IMG/VR virus record: IMGVR_UViG_3300032277_000005 | Location: 1 to 52,702 of that record | DNA length: 52,702 nucleotides | Direction: 5' to 3' (one strand) | Source of the DNA: a virus | Taxonomy: Duplodnaviria > Caudoviricetes | Part shown: positions 46,678-52,702 of the stretch, piece after piece | Layout: each line of letters opens with the position of its first letter | Numbering within the stretch: the stretch's first letter is position 1 | Position numbers and translations under genes: made by a program | The notes under the pieces: model-generated | What the model saw: the letters and a program-made list of their open reading frames with translations, nothing else | Databases searched by the model: none | What the model was told of the DNA's origin: nothing

Positions 46678-46833
46678 GCTATTCTCACCCCGCAAAACAC
46701 CTTTCTCGCACAATATGCGCTTTCTCATATAGCCCAGACTCAACAATCATTTCGGCAGATTCTTTGTTCATAGTGCCAGATAGACACCATCGCGGGTTAT
46801 CGTCCCCGGTGTACCAGTATTTGATTCTGTACA

Positions 46834-47895
46834 TTAAATACCATCCATAACGCTATTAGCGAAGCGTACAAGCCCAATATCTAACGATTCAATCAGCGCA
46901 GCCCTTTGTGCCTCGTTTGCCTCTTCCAGTATCTCAGCGGCCCCTGTTGTATCTTCACCCTCACAAGCCTCTGTAAGCGCGTCTAGCATATCGCGGTATG
47001 TTGCCCATCCTTTGTCCTCTATCGCCTTGCAGAGCTGCTTACCTTTCGTCTTATCGCCCTTCGGGAATGAGTTATACAGGGAGATTTTTATCATGTCGTC
47101 GAGTTCACGCCACCACAGCACATAATCAACCGGGTCGCCTTTGAGTAGTTCGTGGAATGTATTGGCTTGCTCTTTCGAGTGCTGGAGGTATTCGACCTCA
47201 CCAGTATCAAGACTTTCAAGCCCTTCATGCTGGTTGAGAATGTTAATGGCTTCCTCAATACGAGCCAAGCCACCAGACTGAGGCCATGACTTGTAAGCGC
47301 GTTTGATTAGCGTTTTCTTCGCCATCTCCCCGGCCCACTTGCCAGCCCACGGGCCGCCTCTAGCCTTTGATGAGTTTCTGACCTCTAGTATTTCGCCAGC
47401 GGTCATGCGGTCAACAAGATAGCCGCCAGATGTAAGTTTAGCCACACAGTACCCACCTATCAGGTTTTTTAGAGGGTTGGCAGCGTCAAACCTATTCGGG
47501 TCAAAAGCCTTAAATTCATGGCCGGGAATTTCAGTCATACTCTTCCACGTCACTACGTCGCCTTCGTATGCAAGCTCTGCTTTTGCCCATTCAATAGCCC
47601 CGGCATCTGTGGCTAGTTTAACCAATCCCTTAAAACTAAGATCAAGGCAAACCATGCCGCCACGAGGCACCAGATAGGCGTGAGCAGACGCAGGGTTCAA
47701 GCTAATGCCAATGGCGGCCACGTTTAAAATTGCGTTACGCAGTGAGTCCTGGTTATTCTCCGCCGTCTTTAGTGTTAAATCGTTTTTCATTATCTGTTGC
47801 TTGGCAAACAGACATTCAGTTTCAAACACTAAATTATAGTTATTCTGCTTGGCAAACGACTCTTTTAATTCAACTAACTGATTAACGATGCTCAT
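46834..47895 (-). CDS. recT: RecT-family single-strand annealing protein
   Basis: AAIGISLNP..AYLVPR..SFKGLVKLA..EMAKKTLIKRAYKSWP; likely ATG at 47895. Confidence 0.85.
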   Translation of the reverse strand: MSIVNQLVELKESFAKQNNYNLVFETECLFAKQQIMKNDLTLKTAENNQDSLRNAILNVAAIGISLNPASAHAYLVPRGGMVCLDLSFKGLVKLATDAGAIEWAKAELAYEGDVVTWKSMTEIPGHEFKAFDPNRFDAANPLKNLIGGYCVAKLTSGGYLVDRMTAGEILEVRNSSKARGGPWAGKWAGEMAKKTLIKRAYKSWPQSGGLARIEEAINILNQHEGLESLDTGEVEYLQHSKEQANTFHELLKGDPVDYVLWWRELDDMIKISLYNSFPKGDKTKGKQLCKAIEDKGWATYRDMLDALTEACEGEDTTGAAEILEEANEAQRAALIESLDIGLVRFANSVMDGI

Positions 47896-48155
47896 TATGC
47901 TTCCCCTATGCTTGCAACGTAGTCGAGACATTTTTTCTCGATGAGTTTTGGCCAAATATCCATGTCACTTATGTTTAAGTCCTGCCATGTGGTCAATAGC
48001 GTTACGTCAGCAACTTCAAGCGTTGGGCCTCCTGCTGGCTCGCTATCTTCAACAGCCCCGGTAAGTTTTGCCGGCGTGCCGGGGAAATACTCGAACTCAA
48101 TCTCAACAGGCACATTGCCATCCCCAATCTCAGTTTTTAGTGTGTAGTCAGGCAT
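47895..48155 (-). CDS. hypothetical protein
   Basis: Coupled ORF. Confidence 0.6.
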   Translation of the reverse strand: MPDYTLKTEIGDGNVPVEIEFEYFPGTPAKLTGAVEDSEPAGGPTLEVADVTLLTTWQDLNISDMDIWPKLIEKKCLDYVASIGEA

Positions 48156-48421
48156 TAGTCTTCTCCGATTAGTAATTTATCAACAATAGCCGCACGTTTC
48201 TTGTCGCCCTTGAGTCGCCACGCCTCGGCAGCCGCTAGCATTGTTCCCGGTAACGCAGTGAGACTGCCTAGTGCTTTTTCCCTATCCGGTCGCCTATCCC
48301 CAGGCGGGGTAGACAGTGCCTCCTCCTCAGTCCAGCCGCGGCGTACGCGCTGATGAACAAGTTCTGAATCAAGCCCCATACGCTCGGCCTTCTGCTTTAG
48401 CGTACCCACAAAGCGGCTCAC
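48155..48421 (-). CDS. small HTH-like protein
   Basis: TLKQKAERMGL..RVRRGWTEEEAL. Confidence 0.55.
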   Translation of the reverse strand: MSRFVGTLKQKAERMGLDSELVHQRVRRGWTEEEALSTPPGDRRPDREKALGSLTALPGTMLAAAEAWRLKGDKKRAAIVDKLLIGED

Positions 48422-48651
48422 AGTAGCGCCTCCAGTTCTTTCTGTGCCATTTCGATTCGATTTTGTACTGCTTCGACCTTTAGCGCTTTGAGCGCGTCAC
48501 TCTCTGCGCGGGCGTCGATAATATTAAATTCAACCTCAATAACGTCTGACACCAGAATATATTCGTTGTTGTAACTGCCAATCTTCCCCACACCTTCGGC
48601 TCCATGCTTTATATGCCGATAAATCCCTACCTTTACTTTTTGTGCTGTCAT
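48418..48651 (-). CDS. hypothetical protein, first gene of the leftward operon
   Basis: GGAG RBS and ATG at 48651. Confidence 0.6.
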   Translation of the reverse strand: MTAQKVKVGIYRHIKHGAEGVGKIGSYNNEYILVSDVIEVEFNIIDARAESDALKALKVEAVQNRIEMAQKELEALL

Positions 48652-48679
48652 GCTTTCTTCTCCGTTTGCTTGAGAGCTA

Positions 48680-48708
48680 ACAATAGCACCGCGCATTTAA
48701 GAATGCAA
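48680..48708 (-). promoter_or_regulatory. leftward early promoter
   Basis: TTGCAT-17 bp-TATTGT on the minus strand. Confidence 0.6.
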
Positions 48709-48722
48709 TGGTTTATATACGC

Positions 48723-48750
48723 TTGACATATAAGGGCAGCATGCTAGAGT
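48723..48750 (+). promoter_or_regulatory. rightward early promoter
   Basis: TTGACA-16 bp-TAGAGT with extended -10 TG. Confidence 0.6.
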
Positions 48751-48772
48751 GTTGGCTCAATAAGGAGATCCA

Positions 48773-48934
48773 ATGAAATATTTACTAGCACCTGTGAACT
48801 TAACCAAAGAGCAGCACACATGGCTTGCGAAGCAAAGCAAAGACACGCTTGAATCTAAATCAGTGATTATTCGCCGTCTAATCCAGTCTGAAATGGACAA
48901 GGCAAGCGCGTTTATTAAGAAGGGCGAGTCATGA
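48773..48934 (+). CDS. ribbon-helix-helix (CopG/Arc-like) regulator (not in ORF track)
   Basis: AGGAG RBS; MKYLLAPVNLTKEQHTWL..SKSVIIRRLI. Confidence 0.55.
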   Translation: MKYLLAPVNLTKEQHTWLAKQSKDTLESKSVIIRRLIQSEMDKASAFIKKGES

Positions 48935-49113
48935 AAGTCTACATAATATGCGCAATTATCTTGGTTGTAGCATTCTTGCAAGGCTGCGGCTATGACGACG
49001 AGACCCTTGCTGCCGAGCATTATGTAAGCATGGTGTGTTCTGGGGCGTGGCCAGATTATCGAAGTGTACAGCCTGATTGCACAATACCGCCAGCACGACC
49101 AAATCAATACTAA
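48931..49113 (+). CDS. small lipoprotein
   Basis: Signal peptide with LQGC lipobox. Confidence 0.6.
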   Translation: MKVYIICAIILVVAFLQGCGYDDETLAAEHYVSMVCSGAWPDYRSVQPDCTIPPARPNQY

Positions 49114-49163
49114 CGCCATGGCTAGCCGGAGAGGAGCGAAATGAGCAAAGCGAATGAAGACGA
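49108..49163 (-). mobile_element. half attC site (L'-R' arm, family B)
   Basis: TACTAAC-GCCATG-GCTAGCCGGAGAGGAGCGAAATGAGC.. resembles the corresponding arm of 44736 and 5935. Confidence 0.6.
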
Positions 49164-49239
49164 TTGACCACCAACACCTAGTCGGATTATAATTAACGTA
49201 GGAAACCGACTTCCTACCTCTGGGCCTTCCCTCCCAGGC

Positions 49240-49275
49240 AAAAAACCCTAGTCCTTCTCCGTGCTGGGGTTTTTT
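49240..49275. terminator. bidirectional-looking terminator
   Basis: AAAAAACCCTAG...CTGGGGTTTTTTT. Confidence 0.55.
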
Positions 49276-49407
49276 GCGTCCGGATACAAATAATTCCAGC
49301 CTAATACTTGTTTTCTGAAAGCAGGTATATACACCAAATAAATACCACAGTAATCCGCATTCATGATTTGAATGTTGATAATGTTCGCGTATAGATTATA
49401 CTAATTC

Positions 49408-49461
49408 AGCTCACCTAGCCTTAGCGGGCGAACGACAGACTTATCACCTGTCTGGTGAGTG
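49408..49461 (+). ncRNA. candidate structured 5' leader RNA
   Basis: CTCACC/GGTGAG outer stem enclosing GCC..GGC and GACAG..CTGTC hairpins; TTGATA-16 bp-TATACT promoter just upstream. Confidence 0.45.
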
Positions 49462-49503
49462 CTTTAACTTTCGATACAAACCTAATTGATAGAGGTTGTA
49501 CCT

Positions 49504-50028
49504 ATGGAACAAAACAAAAACATTGAAAATGGAAGTGATGTAAGCACTTCATCTTGCTGTATATGTGGCGAAATAAAGCCAGTTAGTTTGTTTTACAAAC
49601 ACGCAAAGACTAAAGACGGGTGCTCCTCTCGGTGCAGAGAGTGTCAAAAGGCGTATGCGCGGCAACACCGTATAGATAACAAAGATTATTACCTAAGAAA
49701 AAATAGAGAATACAGCAGAACAGAAAAATATAAGCAAAAAAAAAAGGATTATTATCAAAGTGAAGTTGGGCGAGAGTCACAGCGCAAGGCCAAAGTGGTA
49801 TACAAAAGCAAAAATGTAACAAAGGTTGCAGCGTCAGCAAAGCTCAACGGGGCAATTCGCGCCGGGGATATATTAAGGCCAGAGATATGTGGAGAATGCG
49901 GCAAGCCGTCCAAGGTAATCCACGGGCATCATGATGACTATCTGTTGCCGCTAGAGGTTAGGTGGATGTGTCCTATGTGCCACATGGCTTGGCATGGGAA
50001 GAATGGGCCAGGCCTGAATGGAGATTGA
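49504..50028 (+). CDS. HNH endonuclease-like protein
   Basis: CCIC..CREC N-terminus; CGECG..HGHHDDY..RWMCPMCH. Confidence 0.75.
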   Translation: MEQNKNIENGSDVSTSSCCICGEIKPVSLFYKHAKTKDGCSSRCRECQKAYARQHRIDNKDYYLRKNREYSRTEKYKQKKKDYYQSEVGRESQRKAKVVYKSKNVTKVAASAKLNGAIRAGDILRPEICGECGKPSKVIHGHHDDYLLPLEVRWMCPMCHMAWHGKNGPGLNGD

Positions 50029-50409
50029 CTATATGTAGTCGATTGAATTAATATCAGGCAAAGAAAACCCCGGCGTAGAAACCGGGGTTAGTTTCAAGCA
50101 AGCTTTGACGGGCAACTTGAAACAGGATCACATCTTACCATACCAATATCCTATCTACAAAGCCCGTCGCAGTCACATTTTTAGCGGGTTTTGATACTGT
50201 CAAACGCAATAACCTGAGTCGCATAGCACGATATTGGCTGCCTCGCGTATTAGGCAATCAATTATGCAATGGTATACGCCAGTCCACACCGCGCACTGAC
50301 TGCCACCTGAATGGAGCCACTTGGAATGGGGAACCTGATTACAACGCTTGGTTATATACCAGCTTGGAAAGGGCGGTAGGTATGACTTAAATTTAACAAA
50401 GGTGAAGAT

Positions 50410-50577
50410 ATGAAACTAAGCAAGCGAGAGAGGTTTTTGACCCACAACGCATACGAGGCCGGGGCTGAATGGGAGTACGCTAACAGCGAAGCATGGCTAG
50501 CATCGCCCTACCACGACACTGGCGACGATATGGAGGAGCAATTGGCCCAGTCTGCGGCTGAAATAAAAGAGGATTAA
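50410..50577 (+). CDS. small hypothetical protein (55 aa, not in ORF track)
   Basis: AGGTG RBS; MKLSKRERFL.. Confidence 0.5.
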   Translation: MKLSKRERFLTHNAYEAGAEWEYANSEAWLASPYHDTGDDMEEQLAQSAAEIKED

Positions 50578-50636
50578 CCCTTGCGCTATACAAGCACAAT
50601 GTGGCACAGTGTGGGAACACTAAGCAAGGGGGACGT

Positions 50637-51140
50637 ATGAAGCTACACAAAACGATTAGATTAGATGAGAAGTTAGTCGAGGCCATTAACGAGCTGGCTA
50701 TCAAAAATCGGCGCAAGTGGAGCAATCAAGTTGAGTGTTTGCTTGAAGATGCGCTAAATAGGGGAAAGGTTGAATTGCCGACCTGCAAGCTAACAGAGTT
50801 TGCGGAAAGATTAGAAGAGGAGCGAGCAAGTAGTAGTGTTGTGCCAGTTAAGCCGAAAAAGCCGGTCGCTAGGTTTATCAAACCAACGGTGGATGATGTG
50901 CGCGGCTACTGTCAGGAGAAGGGCTACACATTCGACCCGGAGGCATGGATGGCGCACTATGAGGCAAACGGCTGGAAAGTTGGCCGCAATGGCATGAAGT
51001 CGTGGAAAGCAGCCTGTACAACGTGGAGCAAGCGAGAATCTAAAAACACTGGTCAGCAAAAACAATACCTCACAGCCGCAGAGAAAACAGCACAACGCCT
51101 GCGAGACTCACGCGACCCTGTAAAAGCGATGGATTTTTAA
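50637..51140 (+). CDS. replication initiator-like protein with N-terminal Arc-like RHH domain
   Basis: KTIRLDEKLVEAINELA..RKWSNQVE plus FIKPTVDDV..HYEANGWKVG..MKSWKAACTTW. Confidence 0.65.
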   Translation: MKLHKTIRLDEKLVEAINELAIKNRRKWSNQVECLLEDALNRGKVELPTCKLTEFAERLEEERASSSVVPVKPKKPVARFIKPTVDDVRGYCQEKGYTFDPEAWMAHYEANGWKVGRNGMKSWKAACTTWSKRESKNTGQQKQYLTAAEKTAQRLRDSRDPVKAMDF

Positions 51141-51141
51141 C

Positions 51142-51678
51142 ATGGAAAACATTAACGATTTATCAAACATGGTTGTGAGTAATGCGAGGAGCGGCCAGGC
51201 TGAACCAGTAACTCAGTCGAAATTCACAAAGGAAGAACGCGCCCCGATTGCTTACTTCTTTGTGCGCTTGTCTGAAATCTACGGCACAGAGTACAGCCGC
51301 CAACTGGTCGATAACCATGCAGAGACTTGTGCAAAACGCGAGTGGGGCGACAAGCTAAAGCATTACGACAGGGCGCAACTAGAAAAAGGCATGGAGTATA
51401 TTAAAAACCTGATCGTTGATGATGACGAAGGCTGGAAGTTTATGAATATCGGCCGGTGTGTTGGCGCGATACTCGAAGCAAACAGGTCTACAGCCGCGCA
51501 CAAAGCTCTACCGGCCCCAGAGGGCGAAAGAATGGAGAAAGATGACGCAATGGCAAGACTGGCAGCAATCAGGGCGGAATCATGCCCAGAGCCAGCCGAA
51601 CCCAAACGCATAGATACAACATCGGTAGAGTCAGAGCTAGAGGCTATGCCGGTAATCAGGAGAGATAGTGATGAGTAA
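51142..51678 (+). CDS. lambda P-like helicase loader
   Basis: Follows initiator; FVRLSEIYG..AKREW..QLEKG pattern. Confidence 0.5.
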   Translation: MENINDLSNMVVSNARSGQAEPVTQSKFTKEERAPIAYFFVRLSEIYGTEYSRQLVDNHAETCAKREWGDKLKHYDRAQLEKGMEYIKNLIVDDDEGWKFMNIGRCVGAILEANRSTAAHKALPAPEGERMEKDDAMARLAAIRAESCPEPAEPKRIDTTSVESELEAMPVIRRDSDE

Positions 51679-51940
51679 TACTAAAATACCGGAAGCGTTA
51701 GAAGCAAGGCTACAAATCAACATCTTTGTAGATTGCCCTAATAAAGATTGTGGCTGGTTAATTGATCTGTTGGATGAAAGCGATACGAATGGATGTTATC
51801 AAAACGAGGAAGGCAGCTTGCTAGAACAAGCCTGCCCATCAGAGGGTCACTGGTCAATAGAGCACAAGAAATTCGAATGCAACAACGTCGTATGTACGCA
51901 ATGCAAAACAGAATTTAATGTAAAAGGCTTAGGTTGGTAA
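51668..51940 (+). CDS. hypothetical zinc-ribbon protein
   Basis: CPNKDC and CTQC motifs. Confidence 0.6.
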   Translation: MMSNTKIPEALEARLQINIFVDCPNKDCGWLIDLLDESDTNGCYQNEEGSLLEQACPSEGHWSIEHKKFECNNVVCTQCKTEFNVKGLGW

Positions 51941-52069
51941 TTGAGAGAGGTGGAGAATGAAATGGAAAGCACCTACAAGGAAGTAAAGCACTGCATAGTA
52001 TTTCTATCGTGCATACTAGGGCCGTGGCTGATAGCTTACATTGTTTTTAGGGCGAGATAGTCGAAGAAA

Positions 52070-52133
52070 GAATAACGCCAGAGCTGTGCGGCGTGGAGCG
52101 CAGCGTAACGTCCGAACGAGCGACTTGTTAAGC
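52070..52133 (-). mobile_element. attC-like site
   Basis: Minus reading GCTTAAC-AAGTC-GCTCGTTC...GCACAGC-TCTGGC-GTTATTC. Confidence 0.85.
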
Positions 52134-52149
52134 AAATTATTTGGAGATA

Positions 52150-52578
52150 ATGATGGAGATTGAAAAAATTGGCGAGTTAATCAAGACCCAGGACAATCGG
52201 ATAACCGACCAGCCTATTTTTATCGTGCAGCAAAAACACAGGGAATGGGGTTATGACTCTGCTTATTGTGATGATTACAAATGGCTAGAAACTGAAAGCG
52301 GTGACTACTGTGAAGCAGATGAAGAAATAATTGAAGAACTTGAAATTAAAGAAAATGAATTGTTTGAAAGCACAAAGCCGTATGAAAAACACTATTACAA
52401 GGATCATTGGAAATTTGTAACTTCATGCTTCACAGAGCAAGGTTGCAAAGATTACATTGAAAGTAATGGGCACAATTTGAGAGAGCCAAGAATTTACGCT
52501 GAAGGTAGTTATAGAAATGAAGAATTTAGGGCAGTACGAAATATGCTAATTGAGCAGGCCGCCTGCAAGGCTGCTTAA
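52150..52578 (+). CDS. cassette-borne Ead/Ea22-associated-type phage protein
   Basis: TQDNRITDQP..FVTSCFTEQGCKDYI..NGHNL..PRIYA..SYRNEE; ends GTTAAGCA and TGCTTAAC. Confidence 0.7.
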   Translation: MMEIEKIGELIKTQDNRITDQPIFIVQQKHREWGYDSAYCDDYKWLETESGDYCEADEEIIEELEIKENELFESTKPYEKHYYKDHWKFVTSCFTEQGCKDYIESNGHNLREPRIYAEGSYRNEEFRAVRNMLIEQAACKAA

Positions 52579-52643
52579 CCCTTAAAGCAGCGCGTTGATT
52601 TGAGCGCAGCGAAAAGCAATCCGCCTGACTTTTGTTGTTAGGC
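52573..52643 (-). mobile_element. attC-like site (same locus as 1..68)
   Basis: GCTTAAC...GTTAGGC. Confidence 0.85.
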
Positions 52644-52702
52644 TCAGGAATTACGGTACATACTATGAATGACGATGAACTAATAGCAAAGATAAGTGAA
52701 AA
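52576..52702. repeat. 127-bp terminal direct repeat (copy 2)
   Basis: Identical to 1..127. Confidence 0.95.

Noticed and set aside
46834-47895. RecT (or the RuvC-like gene at 3300) as the cassette integrase
   Set aside because: Neither shows tyrosine-recombinase catalytic motifs, and homologous annealing would not by itself give cassette-specific G|TT junctions.
52576-52702. Terminal repeat as a biological direct terminal repeat, or as an extra attC copy
   Set aside because: The exact 127-nt overlap equals a common assembler k-mer length and cuts through a gene; counted as one locus. The break at an attC may reflect cassette heterogeneity but cannot be shown here.

Overview
The window is an apparently complete, circularly assembled tailed-phage genome of about 52,575 bp; the last 127 nt repeat the first 127 nt. 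It has a podovirus-like virion module (TerS, TerL, portal, scaffold, major capsid, adaptor and nozzle, ejection-type proteins, and a 2565-aa polyvalent protein). It also has an M15 endolysin lysis module and lambdoid-style early regions diverging from about 48.7 kb (RecT leftward; HNH, replication proteins, NinB-like, RuvC-like and dUTPase rightward). I recognise no integrase, IntI or CI repressor. The main observation is that the early accessory genes sit in integron-like gene cassettes: 21 complete attC-like hairpin sites (49-88 bp) plus 2 half sites, at 52070-(wrap)-2369, 5091-7488 and 44279-46677. Eighteen cassettes have their own 7-10 bp complementary ends, the footprint of site-specific excision and integration. 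The L-box asymmetry shows the genes run antisense to canonical attC polarity. Each unit is therefore attC, RBS/start, gene, TAA, and it appears to insert at the TAA|C just behind an upstream phage gene. Four attC sites themselves encode the start and an 'MSE..' N-terminal leader. All product calls come from motif recognition by eye; no searches were run.
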